A stretch of DNA of 63,738 nucleotides, counting the filler, from Reticulomyxa filosa (Eukaryota > Protista > Foraminifera): assembly GCA_000512085.1 (NCBI GenBank). It is 17 parts of 17 records of this genome, joined end to end, with 100 filler letters (N's around TTAATTAATTAA, not from the genome) between each part and the next. Parts side by side here need not be neighbours in the genome. Positions count along the whole stretch, not along the records: positions 19,125 to 27,802 come from ASPP01015852.1; positions 27,903 to 30,839 come from ASPP01021540.1; positions 30,940 to 32,401 come from ASPP01011163.1; positions 32,502 to 39,332 come from ASPP01004147.1; positions 39,433 to 44,849 come from ASPP01008398.1; 12 more parts are not named here. One strand, written 5' to 3'. A model generated the notes under the pieces. The model had not been told where the DNA came from. It saw nothing but the letters and a program-made list of their open reading frames with translations, and did not search any database. How positions within the stretch are numbered: the stretch's first letter is position 1; the number at the start of each line of letters is the position of its first letter. Of this stretch, positions 26,101 through 40,764 are shown piece after piece. Both the position numbers and the translations under genes were made by a program.

Positions 26101-27762
26101 TCATTCTTTGAGTAGTGAAAGGCCAACTTGCGTCTGCGAACGTTGCAGCGGCGCAGAGTTTCGATTTCTTCGATATGTCCAGTTTTGTTGACCTGACTGA
26201 AGCCTGTCACTTGGCAAAATGGAGGGTCCAAAAGAGCTCATATTTCCTGGAGCCAATCCTGTTTTTATCCCCCCAAAAAAAGAATTACAAATCACAATTA
26301 CACACATAAAAGAAAAAAAACAGAGAGTCCACCAAACCAAAGGAGTGAGTTCGATTATGTTGAATTCGTTTTTGCAAAGAGTTATAATCTTCTTGCAATC
26401 TGAAATACTGGTTTTTTGTAATTAGCAAAGTGTTACGTATGCTTTGATTACTTGTTTCCAGCGTCTTGATGCGAGCCTCCTTCTTTTCCAATTGCTCTTG
26501 CAATTGTCGAATGGTCTGTTTTAATTCAGCAATGTTCTTTTCTTCACCGGTTCCATTGCTCTTTTGGTGGGCAGTCGGAGAGGTCATGCCATCGTTGCTC
26601 GCATTTGCGCTGACTCCAGGAACGACATTGTCATTACGGTTCGAAGGGTCAATCAACAAGTGGCCGTTTTCATTGGAAGTCTTTTCGGGTGGTATTTCAC
26701 TTTTGAATTCGTTGTCAGCTTTTTGCTGCGCGCGATGTTTTTGCGTTTCAATATTACCATTGCGTTTTCTGCTGCTTTCACGCGTCGACTGAGAAAATGG
26801 GCGATGTCGAGTCTTATCCTTATCTTTGAATCGCTCGTGTCCCAATGGCGTCAATGGCTTTGCAAGGTCTACTGTTTTGGACTCTCCATCTGCTGCCGTC
26901 TTCTTTCAATTTTTTTGTTTTGTTTTGTTTTGTTTTGTTTCGTTTCGTTTTGTTATTTTATGTAATGAATGTTGTGTTTTTCTGTTTATTACAAAATCAT
27001 TAGGAAAAGTCATCTCTTTTGATGAGGCTCTAACGCTGGGCGGAGGCGGACTAAGCATTGTTTCATAATTTGCGGTAGCACTAATTTCTCCTATTTTCAT
27101 CAATGCCAATGGTGTGGCAATTCCGTCATTTTCATTCATCCCAGGCGTCACTGCACTCCTCATAGAGTCATCTATTGTTTATTATTTCAATGTCTCATCC
27201 AAGGACTAAATCTCAAAGGCACAATCATGAACATTCGGAAAAAAAAGAGCAACTTATATTACAAACCAATATTTTCCGCTTTCCCCAGCTATTTAAAAAA
27301 AACAAAACAAAACATTTTCCAATTATTACATTTGCGCAAACACAAGCACAGATCGGTTTTTTTTTGTGTGATGACAATTATGTGTTACACTTTTGGATGG
27401 GATACGTCAGTACACGTATGTACGGCAAAAGCAAACGCGCAAAAAAACACACACACACAAAATGAAACAAAACCTGTGTTTGGTTGAGATGTTTCTGATC
27501 AATTTCGGATTGTGACATCGAGATAGATGGTTCTCCGGCATCGAACGTACCTGCGCTTGATTGAGAAATTTCTGGACCCACGTGTGTCTCCTTCTTTGCT
27601 CTGTGATTGAGTGTTTCTTTTTGCTCTGGCCTATGGATCGCAAACATAGAGAACAACAGTAATAATCACTTAGTTCACAAGCATATGCATATATATCTGC
27701 TTGTAGACGCATCTCATTGTGTGTGCAAAGAGAAAGTGCCATAGTCTTTCATTACTTGGCTT

Positions 27763-27798
<36 letters not shown>

Positions 27799-27802
27799 TT
27801 TT
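26101..27802 (-). CDS. Hypothetical multi-exon protein with a C-terminal coiled coil, 5'-partial
   Basis: ORFs 27378..27656, 26906..27163, 26285..26854 and 26101..26340 are separated by intron-like blocks. Heptad-like IAELKQTIRQLQEQLEKKEARIKTLE. Confidence 0.55.
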
Positions 27803-28007
27803 NNNNNNNNNNNNNNNNNNNNNNNNNNNNNNNNNNNNNNNNNNNNTTAATTAATTAANNNNNNNNNNNNNNNNNNNNNNNNNNNNNNNNNNNNNNNNNN
27901 NNAAAAAATAAAACAAAAATTAAAACTAAAATAATAACGGAACGCTCACAAAACATCCAAGAAAAAAAGAAAAAATTGTAGGACTAATTCTACAATGCTT
28001 TTTTCCA

Positions 28008-28733
28008 TCAGTCGAGGAAATTGAAGTAACCGTACAATATCAAAATTATAATCAAAAATATCAGTAGCAGCCACCAGATTTGTCTACCGCGAGACTGCAA
28101 CACACAAAGAATGAAGAGAGAAAAAAAAAAAATCAGACGGTATTATGATCACTAAAATAATAAAAAAATGAAATTGACATAGTAAAAAGACTTAAGATAA
28201 ACTTGGAGCAATTGTTTCACTTGTTGATTTCTAGTTTGCAATTTGAATTGTAATGAATCAAACCTTTGTTGAATGTCTCCAGTCATGCATTCCTGATTCC
28301 ATAAGTGAAGATTGATTTCTTCGGCAATTTTGTTAATACGTCTCACAGAAGACACCAGAATACCAGCCTTATCATCAAATGATTGCTCACTTTCACTCGA
28401 GCCTTGTAATCGTGGTGTCAAAACAACACCCTTTCCTGAACATTTATTATCGAACAAAACAATACTACTCTTTTTGGTGCTCTTTATTTTCACTCAACTT
28501 TGTCTTGGAGTGTTGTCCACACTTTGAAATGCATTTATAACGATAGATTTCTTTGAATTTGATCCTTTTTCGGTAGAAAAATCTCTACAAAACAAACACA
28601 ATATGAAACCGACAACCTTGAATTTCTTTGTTAAGATTAACTGCTTGTGCTCACTCAATAATGCATTTTTTTCTTCCAAATCCAGTTCCACTGATTTTGT
28701 GGAGTGTTTTGACTGGTTAAAAAATGTTCTCAT
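28008..28733 (-). CDS. Qc-type t-SNARE (syntaxin-6/8/Bet1-like) with C-terminal TM
   Basis: SNARE-like coil DDKAGILVSSVRRINKIAEEINLHLWNQECMTGDIQQRFD. Last exon ...GRQIWWLLLIFLIIILILYGYFNFLD*. Confidence 0.7.
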
Positions 28734-29258
28734 AGTAAAAACACAATTTTTAATCTTTGAAATATTTATCAATGAGCAGCTTTAAGAAAAATGGCCCCTT
28801 ATTTTTTTTGCTTCTTTCTTCAAGTTTCGAATAGTATGCATTCATATTGAGAGTTTCACCAATAGCAAAGCATCTTATGTTTTGAGATTAAACAATCAGT
28901 TTGTAGCATTTGAAATAGGAAAGAAAGAAAAATAAATTTTTTAATTTATATTTACCTCTATTTTGCCTTAAGAAGGTTATGATTATTTCAATAAAATAAG
29001 CTGAACATTATTAATTTGTTTCCAAGTGGTTGAGGCAAAACCGATTGAAATGTTTTTGAATGGTTTTCTCTTTTCCATTTAAAAAAGCGTAAAGAAAAGG
29101 AAGATGAAAAAAGCAAGTGGATATAATTGCATTTGAGAGGAATAGTAAAAAAAGAGGAGATCAAACCAAATAGAAAAGACAATTATTTTCAAATGAGTTT
29201 GTATTTGTTTTTATTTTAAAAAAGCAAAACAAAAAAAAGAATAAAGGAAGTCAAGGAC

Positions 29259-30814
29259 TTAATATCGTTTGTTAAGATTAGGTTTGTATTGAATAGGAAA
29301 AGTTTCAGGAGTTTGGGTGATATCTTCTTTGTAGAATTTAAGTGTCTTATCGACACCACAAGCAATAAGACGAGAGCCAGTGATATCAAAAGCACATGCA
29401 GCAATACCACTTTCGCTATCTAAAGAGCCAGGTTGTGGTGGTGGACAATCAGAATGAAAGAGATATCCAGTACGCCAATCCCAAAATTTGATATGTCCAG
29501 TTTGATGAACACTAGCCAAAACATTAGAACGATTAACGGCTAAACCTTCAACAATACTACCAGGTGTTTCATTCATATTTCGAACAAATGCAGCTTCGGG
29601 ACATTTCCAAACTTTAATATTGTCAGCAGCACCAGTAGCAAAAGTATATTCTAAAGGATGTACAACAATGGATCGAATAGCTTTTTTATGATGAGTTAAA
29701 ATAGTACGTGTTTGAAATTTTTTTAAATCCCAACATCGAACAGTATGATCGTGTGATCCAGTAATAACTTGTGGTTCATGTGTTTGTGCAGCAACAGAAT
29801 GAATAGTACTTTTATGTCCTGTCAATACTTGAATTGCCATTTTCGTACGAATATCCCAAATACGACAAGTAGAATCTCTTCCTCCAGTAATTAATACATC
29901 AATAGTTGGATGTAAAGCAAGAGAATAAACACCAGATAAATGTCCATGATAAGAGCGTATCATTTTATTTTGTTCTAAATCCCAACAACATACTTTTTTA
30001 TCTTCACCACAACTAAATAAGTAAGGATTTCTAGCTGATATTGCTAATCCACGAACATGTGCAATATGTCCAGTTAATGTTAATTTTAATACACCAGTAG
30101 GAAATTCCCATCTATTTTGTAAAAAGATATACATATATATGTATATATGTAAATAAAAATAAAAATAAATTTAAAAATATAATATTCTTTTAACATTTTA
30201 ATTGTACGATCTGCTGATCCAGTACAAAACCATTCATTGGATGGATCTACTGCTATTGAACCAACCCATCCAGTATGACCTGATATTACTTTATACAATT
30301 TCCATGGTGGATGCCATTCAGGTTGTAAATAATGTTTTCTTGTTTTTAATTGTAATGATCCTTTTGTTATATCTAATAATTCTATTTGTTTATTTTTATC
30401 TCCTTCATATTTCATTAATTGTTTATCAATTATATTCATATTGTTATTTATTTCATTTGTTTTTATTGGTCTATTGGTTGGATCCAATAATACATCTTCC
30501 ATCACTTTTTCCATTCGTTCATTTAATATTTCTTCTGATTTTAATATATTTTCTTCAACTTGTGTTGGTAATGATAATACTATTGTTGTGTCATTATCAT
30601 CGTCATTATTTGTATTTGTATTGTGTCTTTTCTGTGGTGGTCCAAATAATGCTGATAATATTTGTCCATTCGTGCTTGTATCTGATTGTGACATTTCCTC
30701 AAAATTACGTTTTTTCGCATTTATATTTTCATTGAGATTTTCATTTTCATTTTTTATTATGTGTTTTGGTTGTAATAATATTTCTCCAAATTCATCACTG
30801 CGTTTTAGCGACAT
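29259..30814 (-). CDS. PLRG1: Pleiotropic regulator 1 / Prp46 (NTC spliceosomal WD40 protein)
   Basis: [20 protein letters not shown]...[25 protein letters not shown] (intron 30112..30194); [11 protein letters not shown]; [10 protein letters not shown]. Confidence 0.95.
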
Positions 30815-31007
30815 ACGATATTTGATGCTTTTTTTTTTTNNNNNNNNNNNNNNNNNNNNNNNNNNNNNNNNNNNNNNNNNNNNTTAATTAATTAANNNNN
30901 NNNNNNNNNNNNNNNNNNNNNNNNNNNNNNNNNNNNNNNAAATATAAATATAAATATAAATATAAATATATAAATATAATAATGTAAACACTTTTTGTGT
31001 ACATAAC

Positions 31008-31269
31008 GTATCGTGTAATAATTTTATTAAATTCATCAATCCATCCTCTTTGAATTGATAACGAACGAACCCAATTTTCTAATACTAAAGTTATCTCATC
31101 TTCTCTCTGTTTTTTTGTTTTTTTTTCATATTAGGATCGAAAAGTCCTGCCATTCGTATTGTTTTGTTTTGTTTCGTCTCCTCGTTTTTTTTACCGAGTA
31201 CGACGGCTGTGGACGCTTCTGCCCGACATTCTTTCTCCTTTGTGCTATTTTGGCAACTGTACTTCCCAT
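31008..31269 (-). CDS. N-terminal exons of an expanded-family WD40-type gene, 3'-partial
   Basis: MGSTVAKIAQRRKNVGQKRPQPSYS/REDEITLVLENWVRSLSIQRGWIDEFNKIITRY, then donor gttatg at 31007 and the contig end. Confidence 0.7.
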
Positions 31270-31762
31270 TTTCAGTGATATGAACTAATGCAATCTTGAT
31301 CAAGTGTTGCTTGCTTTTTTTTCCAAAAAAAAAAAAAATGACTAATGAGCAATTTATTATGAACAATGGCTCAAATTAAAAAGGAGCAAACTTTAATAAA
31401 AAAAAACAAAACGCGCGTTCGTGTTTGCAATAACTAGTAAGTTTTTTAAATGGAGAGAAAAAATGTCGTTTTTCAGTGGTCATCAGTTTGCAAAGCGGGT
31501 TTGGTATTGACTCTCCAAGAGAGGTGATGACTCCAATATTTTCCTATCCAAATTTGCGACAAAGAAAGAGTGTTATGCATCTAATGAATATTTTTGTTTT
31601 CTTTTGTGATCATGAGCAGTTTGTTCGTTTTTTTTTTTTTTTAAACAAAAAACATTACTTTATTGAGAACGGCCCAAATGTACAACCGCACAAAAGTAAT
31701 AAATATAAACAAGTCGCATTTAAAGCGAGAAAAGATCCACAGTGCTGATAAGGAAAGATAGT

Positions 31763-32318
31763 TTACATGATAAGACAATCTCTTTTAGTTTTATTTGAGG
31801 CATTGTCAGTCTCATCGTCATTGCCTTTGTTTTTTTGTTCTATCTTTCGAATTTGAGCAATTGCATCTAAATAGGCGGCTTTGTAATCGTCTTTTTGTTC
31901 ATCTCCTTCTTTTTATCTTCTTTCTTTTCTTCTTCTTCTTCTTTTTTTGTCTCTGTTTTTTTTCTTCGCCTTGCACGGAGACATTGGACTGGCCATCGGA
32001 GTTGACAATGGACGATCTCTTGGGAGCAGGAAACAAGAGACTCATTTTGGCAATGGCCAAGTCACGCATCATGTTCATGTCATCAATTTCATGTCGTTTC
32101 ACCAAGCCAATGGCCGTATCGTTTAATTCCAAAATGATGAATGTGTCCTTCTCTTTGTCGTGAACCAAGTCTAGCGCACATATCTCCAAGCCCCCAAAGA
32201 TGCTGGCCGCCGCCTCGATCCACACCTTAAACTGCTCCGTTACTTCCGCGTCTTCGTTTGTCGACTGGTTCCCTACATTTCCTTTCCAATTCATCGAGTA
32301 TCGTTTGAAAGCTTTCAA
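31763..32318 (-). CDS. Synapsin-like ATP-grasp protein, C-terminal exon (5'-partial; probable homopolymer frameshift)
   Basis: KAFKRYSMNWKGN...WIEAAASIFGGLEICALDLVH...IILELND aligns by eye to the synapsin C domain (KAYMRTS..NWK.N...W.D.CSE.FGGLDICAV). The shifted frame continues to KRDCLIM*. Confidence 0.8.
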
Positions 32319-32367
32319 CTACTTGTTCCAACCAAATTATATATATGTACATATATAATATATATAC

Positions 32368-32399
<32 letters not shown>

Positions 32400-32501
32400 G
32401 TNNNNNNNNNNNNNNNNNNNNNNNNNNNNNNNNNNNNNNNNNNNNTTAATTAATTAANNNNNNNNNNNNNNNNNNNNNNNNNNNNNNNNNNNNNNNNNNN
32501 N

Positions 32502-32539
<38 letters not shown>

Positions 32540-32577
32540 TAGTTGTGATTTCTTTTTTTAACTGGAATATTCAATAG

Positions 32578-33579
32578 GCCAAATATTTTCAGCAATTGAA
32601 AGTGTTCACTGGACATTTAGCCAAAGTGAATAGTGTAAAATTTTCTCCGGATAATCGTAGTATTGTGTCATGCTCCGAGGATGCTACTATTCGAATATGG
32701 GACGTAGAATCGGGATTAGAATTGCATAATTTGAATGGCTTTGGTTGGGCAAGGGGTGCACAATTCTCACCCAATGGTTGTATTATTGCCGCATATTGCT
32801 TTGACAAGGTAATTCGGCTATGGGAGGTTGCATCACGACAAGTGTTGCAAGTGTTGGAAGGACATTCCAATGAGATAAATGAGGTTCAATTTTCACCAGA
32901 TGGTAATACAATTGTGTCATGTTCTGATGATAAAACAATCCGACTGTGGAATGTAAACACAGGAAAAGAGATACTCAAATTGGAAGGTCATTCAGATTGG
33001 ATCAAAGGGGTTGAATTTGCTTCTGATGGTCTTACAATTATGTCATATTCTGATGATGAAACAATTCGGATATGGTGTGTGGAATCTGGAAAAGAAATTT
33101 TTAATTTGAGAGGGCATTCTGGAGAGATCATGGAAGCAAAATTTTCTGCTGACAGTTGCATGATTTTATCGTTTTGTGACGATGATATAATTCAAATATG
33201 GAATGCAAAAACTGGCCAGAAAATACAAACTATTCAAGGAACTGGATGTCTCACAAAGGTGCAATTTTCACCAGATGGCCGCACTATCTTGTCCTGCTCC
33301 TATAAGGCAATGTATATCTGGGATGTTACATCAGGTCAACAAGTGCAAAAATTTCGAGGACATTCATCAAGGGTCAAAGGTGCTCAGTTTTCAAATGACG
33401 GAAAAACTGTCATGTCGTTCTCAGAATCTAAATATATTCGAATATGGGATGTAAAATCTGGAAAGAGAACACAAAAGTTACGAGGGCATCTGAAAGCAAT
33501 GACTGGGGCGCAATTTTCGTCAGATGGAAGTATTATATTGTCGTGGTCTAATGATAAGACAATTCGCCTGTGGGGATAA
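32578..33579 (+). CDS. WD40-repeat protein (about 8 repeats) of the expanded family, last exon
   Basis: Acceptor caatag, then AKYFQQLKVFTGH, repeated GH...FSPDG..I.S.S.D.TIR.W, ending DKTIRLWG*. Confidence 0.9.
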   Translation, partial: AKYFQQLKVFTGHLAKVNSVKFSPDNRSIVSCSEDATIRIWDVESGLELHNLNGFGWARGAQFSPNGCIIAAYCFDKVIRLWEVASRQVLQVLEGHSNEINEVQFSPDGNTIVSCSDDKTIRLWNVNTGKEILKLEGHSDWIKGVEFASDGLTIMSYSDDETIRIWCVESGKEIFNLRGHSGEIMEAKFSADSCMILSFCDDDIIQIWNAKTGQKIQTIQGTGCLTKVQFSPDGRTILSCSYKAMYIWDVTSGQQVQKFRGHSSRVKGAQFSNDGKTVMSFSESKYIRIWDVKSGKRTQKLRGHLKAMTGAQFSSDGSIILSWSNDKTIRLWG

Positions 33580-35056
33580 AAAATTCGACAATGCAAAAAA
33601 AAAAAAAAAAATGTTAAAAATATTGTTAAATCTCATCCTGCTGATAAATTTTCGATTAACTAAAAAAAAAAAAAAAAACGTAATGAATATCAAAATCTTT
33701 TTCAGATTTTTTTTAAAAATACAAAATCTAAGCTTTTGAAAAATATTATCGCATTTCGTCTTTCCTTAAATCTGTCAGTAATCCCAAAGAGTACAGGCTT
33801 CTTTTCCTTTTTTTTTTTGCATAAATCTAAACCTCTATGGTAAACCGGGATTTCAATTAAGTTATTCAATTAGATTTGGTAAAACTTTCTTCATTTATAT
33901 TATTCCTTTAATATGTCAAAATATATTATTTGTTGACATGATGACTTGTTAATAACTTCGCAAGTCAAGACACTGAATAATTAAAAAATATGGCTTATTT
34001 AAACCTTGTTGACTTGTGTGAGGTAGACTATCGGCGCTTTTCATAATTTGAGGCATTCTTTATCAGATTTGCAATTTTTGCGTTTATTTTGTTCCAACGT
34101 TGATACAGACTTGATTTTTTAATGCAATGAAAAGAATAACAAGAATCACCTAAAATAAAGCCTCTCAAAGGACATTACAGAGAGCAAGCGAAGCAAACAA
34201 CATCTAAAAATTAACATAAAGAGTATAGTAATGAAGAGCATTTTTATTTGTTAACTGGTCTAGGACTTAAATAAATTATCTTGTTTTGACAACAATATAT
34301 AATGTATTGTGTCAAATAAATGAAGAAAAATATCATTCTTTTCATCAAACTTGTTCCACAAAAAATTAACATTTAATATTTATAAAGAACTGGCAAACAT
34401 TGTATAAAAGATATACGTTCCAATAATTGTGTAAATATAAGACGAATTTATATCTTATTACTTACACATGGGCGAAAAATACCAAAGTATTTTTTTTGAA
34501 GCACGAGTAATTAAAAATGTGCATGCCTTTGAAAGAAAGTTACATTATCTGTACCTTGTAGTGAGCCAACATCGATTCTTTCAAAACCTTTATCATCTGT
34601 AATAAATGGCATAACTTTCGAATAATTTCTTGCACTGATCAAATGTAAACACTTAAAAGGATATTTCTTTTTCAACTTCTCTTTTGATATTAGTTCTTCA
34701 TCTTCAATACATCCACTGTATTGCCATCGATCTTCTGTCATAAAAGAAGTGATAAAATGAATCAGCGCAATACAAAAAAATGACCACTAAAAGAAAAGTA
34801 TTCGATCTACGATTTGTTCTTAAAATGAACCAGTTTCTTCCATAACCAAACAAAATTTTGTGGACGGCAGAGAGTGTTTTCTTCTTCCGCAAACTCCTCC
34901 GCATTGAACCTTTGAATTTCTCCCGAAAGAGATTTGACACATTAACGAATTTGCCATTTGTTGTGGTGCTTCTGGTATATTAGCTTTTTGAATTTGTCAC
35001 ATTTTTCCATTATTTGTCTTGAATTTGGGTCAAATCTTAAAATAACACTAAAATAA

Positions 35057-36099
<1,043 letters not shown>

Positions 36100-36434
36100 T
36101 ATGAAGTGTTTTCTTTTTTTTTACTTTTTTTGTTTGTTTCACTTTGGGAGAATTGAAAGAAAAGAGAGGGAGATAATAAATCTTTGAAAAAATTAAATTG
36201 AAAAGCAACCCCAACTTTCTTGGTACATTTTTATTGACTGCCTTTCTCTTTTTCTCTTTCCTGTTTGCTTAGTCTAGCGGACAAGTATAAATTGAGCTCT
36301 TTCAGGTTAATGTTTTGCAACTTAAAATAATCTAAATACGATTTAAGTAAAATAAACATCATTGTAAATAAATTGAACGAATTTTATCGACAACTTACCA
36401 TTTTAATGACAAGAAAAATTACTTTTGATAGACT

Positions 36435-36639
36435 TGTAGGGCAAGTCCCTATTATACAATCTCAAATACTAATGGAACGGTGGGACCCCCGGTGGGTTGA
36501 AATCATCTTCACAACACAACTCACTTTTGTGTTTTCCTTTCTTGCGTTGAGATTATTAATTTTAATTCCTTTTACTGAATTTGCTTTTTGGAACTAAAGT
36601 TCCTTTCGTATTACACTTAGTCGTCTCACTATTCCTACA
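36435..36639. mobile_element. Solo-LTR-like element, copy 2 (no matching TSD)
   Basis: TGTAGG...CCTACA, same family as 13114..13330; flanks gact/tgtt do not match. Confidence 0.75.
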
Positions 36640-39432
36640 TGTTTAATATCTGTTAAATTGAAAATATTCAAAATTAGAACTGGAATAACTTTTTTTTGTT
36701 TTTGTGTTATCATTGTTGCCAATTAATGTTATTTAGAAATATTGAAAAGACAACAATATATCATTTTCAGAGTTATTTGGGACGATATTTTATAATCATA
36801 ATGATGTTTTTTTTGGTGGTGATGAAACTGAGAAAAACGGGAAAAAAGAACGTACAAAAAAAAAGGGAGTAAAAAATATCATTGAACGAGCATTTCAAGT
36901 ATATATTACAACAAACGTGTCTTACATATAGCATTAGAATACATCTACGAACATGGACTCTTTCTTCAATCGTGTGGTACAAAACAAAGATGGAAAAGAA
37001 AAGTGAACACTTACACCACGGCAATTACAAATTGATTTTGAACCTAAATGAATCAAACATTCAGTATTGTGAACACAAATGTGCACCACACAAAGAAATG
37101 AAAAAGATGGCTGAAATATTGGAAAAAAAAGAAAATATGTGTGACAACAAGTCACAAGTTGGAAGTGAAGTTTTGTGCAATATCTTTTGAATAGTGCTAT
37201 TTTTAAAAACAACTAAACAAAAAAATTGCATAGAAAAGAGAAAGTTTAACAATGAACACTGTGTCTCAGACAAAGCAGAGTTTAAACAAAGATTTTTTGT
37301 TTTGTTTTGTTTTGTATATTTAGAAAAAAGAAAAAAGACTATGTTGGATCAAAATTATGCAACACGAACTCGCCATGTTCTTTGGGTTGCTTCAGTTTAG
37401 TTCCATTTTTTTTTTTTCACTATCTCCACTACACTTTGAGCGTTATTAAGACTATTGTTACAATGTTTATGCCAACAAAAACTTTTTTTGAAAAGAGAAT
37501 TACACTACCTACAAGAGTATGCGGAAAAAAAAGTTTGGCAAACAAAAAAAAAAAGGGGATGCTATTCAAAAAAAAAGTTACAATAAGGGGGGGGGACGCT
37601 TTTGAATTTTTGAACTTAAATTACAATTTAGAGCTTAACTGCAGGCTTGAATGAATTCATTACACTGAGTACAGAACAGGTGTTCCCTTGAAAGACTATC
37701 AAGTGCATTATCATTTGTATGTTTCCGACGTTGTGAGTTGGCAGTAACTAGTTGCACATTATTTACACAAAAGCGAAAGATGACGAAATTATTAGCTGGA
37801 ATAAAACTACTACCAAAGTCGTTAAACAGAGATCGACTTGTATTCAATTGTCACTAAATCTCGTTTTGGAAATTTGAAGACAAACAACACTCGGCGCGAT
37901 TGTTAACATTTCAATTCAAATCTACGATTTGGTTGTGGATGACAAGGATCTGTTTAGTGACTCTATAAAGAGTATATAACAACGCCCAAAAATATGATCA
38001 TTGAACTGAGGAAGTTTTCTACAAACTTTAATCAAATGATCAAGATTTTCACGATGCGATCTGAATACATGTGATTCTTTGCGTGCTAATGTCGACAATC
38101 AACGTTCATCTTTTCCTGCTTATTCGTCTATAGGAGAAACCGATACACATTTAAGTTAACACCACACTCCAACAAATTTGATACTATGTACTTGCTGCTG
38201 ACATCAATTTCCACTTTCAAGCAAGTCGTCATTATTTGAATTTAAACTACAATTTTGTGCTATTGTTATTATTTTATCTTTTTTCTTGTGCTAATGTCCT
38301 ATAACAAAAAAATAAATTATAGCAATTCAATGACATGGCAAAACTACATAACAATGCTACACAACTAGCTCCATAATTACAACAATTTTATAATTACCAC
38401 ATCGTTGACATTTACCACAATCGCGAACAAAATGATCAAACTAGTCTAACATTTGGATTATTTGTTTTGTTGATTTTTTAAGATTTTGCCAAAGTTGAAT
38501 TAATTCATCGAATCTATTAAAAAAAAACAACTCAAAGTATGTCAAAATGTGTTTGCTTTTAAACATATATATGTGTATATAATAAATATTTTTTTTTTAA
38601 AGGTCAAATGTTTGATTCGAACCCACATATCAGCTACAGTATAATGAGCTGGAGCATTGCACATTGTTGATATTTCTATCAACAATATAACACAATCTTG
38701 TGTCAATGTGTAGGCATAAATGTATAAGACCATGCGACTTGGTACAGATACACCCAAGACTCAACCCAACACATTGACCAACCCATCAACCCTTTTGATG
38801 TTGAACCACCCCCAAGAAGCTCCGAAGAACTTCCCAAAGATGGCTGGGCCCTAATGCAGCCAAGGTCACTATAAATTCGGCGGGCTTTGCGAATGTGGGG
38901 TCTAAACTAATTTGGCAGCGTAGCTTAATCTGCATTTTCCTTCCCCCACAACCACTCACCCAACCCCAGTACCGTTAAAAAAAAAAAAAAAAAATAGTCC
39001 GACTACGAATAAAGCGTTTTTTCGGAGTTAAATGAAAATGTGCGAAACAAACCTGTTTTGGGGGACATCAGCAGCAAAAGTATCGAAATGTGAAACCTAT
39101 TGTCAAACAAAGAAAATTTTTTATTAATACGTTATAAAATAATGAAAAAATTTTTGATTGTTGTTCTTCGGCTTAGTCCGAAACAACAAGTCAAAAAAAA
39201 ATGAAAACAAACAGCAAATTTAACTTTACTTTCTTTATTGTCTAATCAATAAAGAAATGAATTGAAAATACAAGTTAAAACAAAAGAAGTAGTAAACAAC
39301 AGCAACAAAAAAAAAAAAAAAGGGCAACTAAGNNNNNNNNNNNNNNNNNNNNNNNNNNNNNNNNNNNNNNNNNNNNTTAATTAATTAANNNNNNNNNNNN
39401 NNNNNNNNNNNNNNNNNNNNNNNNNNNNNNNN

Positions 39433-40546
39433 AAAAAAAAATTTTTTTTTTTTTTTTGAATTAATGTAAAAATTTTTTTTTTTCCTTCTCCCTTTTCTAC
39501 TATGAATAAGAATCTCTTTCCCCCACCTTGCATTGGAAAACCATATTTTCAGCATGTTGTCTTTGGCAGACTCGAATTGTGCTCCACCTAAAGATTGGAA
39601 CGAACGTGTCTGTCGGTATTGCTTGCTGGTGGCATCTTTGTTGCTGGAAGAATTATTCGTCTTGGAACGCACGACAAACAAGCGCTTTGAACTTTGCACT
39701 CCTACCATATACTCTTGACCAGGGAACTGTTTGACGAACTGCTTAATCTTTTCGCTAGTCGATTCGAAAGAGGTGGCGTCTTGGGGGCCGATCATACAAA
39801 AGCCTGTCACTTTGAATGTTATCGTATCGTGTGTTGTCAACAACTGCAATGCCCGCTGTGCCGATTCGTCCATTTGAGGTATTGTTTGTTGACCACTGCT
39901 TCCTAACGGACTGCTGCTTGCACTTGCTACAATCGACGAGCTTACTTGTTTACCCATTTCTTTTTTTTTTTTTTTTTTTTTTGAAATGTAATGAACAAAA
40001 AAAAAAAAATTATACGTGTTGTTTTTAATTTTTTCTTTTTGGATAACTGCTTATTGCCACTGGCTTGAGAAGTTTTTTTTCATAATCGATCCTTTCTTGA
40101 ATTTGTCGGCGGATCTGTTCTAGCTGCTCTAGCTTTGCTTCTAATTCCGAAACGGTTGGAGATTTATTATCTTATTTATTTGTTGCAATGTGGTTATTTA
40201 GAACATGCCACATACCCTCCCCCTTTTTAATGTTGACTATTATTCTAGATTTTTTCGTACGCTATGTTTATTTTCGTACTTTTCCAACAAACAAACATCT
40301 TGCAGAATCTCACTACCTGACTGTGACGATGGGATGAAATCGAGCGCGCACAAAGAGACATGACATGCTGGACAATCTAATTTGTTTATCTTTGGAGCCT
40401 CCATTATCTTTTTTTCCCCTCCTCCCTTGGGTTCTGGTTTTTCCTAGCTCTTTACTTTCTTTTGTGTTTGGCAACGGGTCGAAACAAGTTGCAACCTGTT
40501 TCTGCGCTCTGCTTCCCGTCGTTTCCTTTGTACACTTACGAAACAT
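39433..40546 (-). CDS. Hypothetical multi-exon protein (coiled coil followed by a globular, possibly PH-like, segment), 3'-partial
   Basis: Exon KSPTVSELEAKLEQLEQIRRQIQERID... splices through a poly-A acceptor (G at 39960) to ORF 39385..39957. Confidence 0.5.
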
Positions 40547-40764
40547 TTACTTAAAGTTATAACGCAAAAACCGTGTTACAGATCTTTGTTCTTTCAGGAA
40601 CGAAAAAATCATAGCTATTTTTAAGTTTGTTTAGGATTTAAATGAAAAACAGGACTCTGAGTTTGAACTCCCACTCTACACTTTGATTGGAACTTTTTTT
40701 TCTTTCAATTTTAGCTTTGGAATGAGTATTGATAATAGTTGACAGTGGTATCTTTTGAAAACCA

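Noticed and set aside
34511-35012. Possible small gene divergent from Rab2
   Set aside because: I could not assemble a consistent spliced frame or recognise a domain
38848-38901. Twister-ribozyme-like start (CCCTAATGCAGC...TGCG..GTGGGG)
   Set aside because: The loop-4 region is too long, P4 pairing is poor, and the conserved GA after P2 is missing. Not supportable without an Infernal hit.
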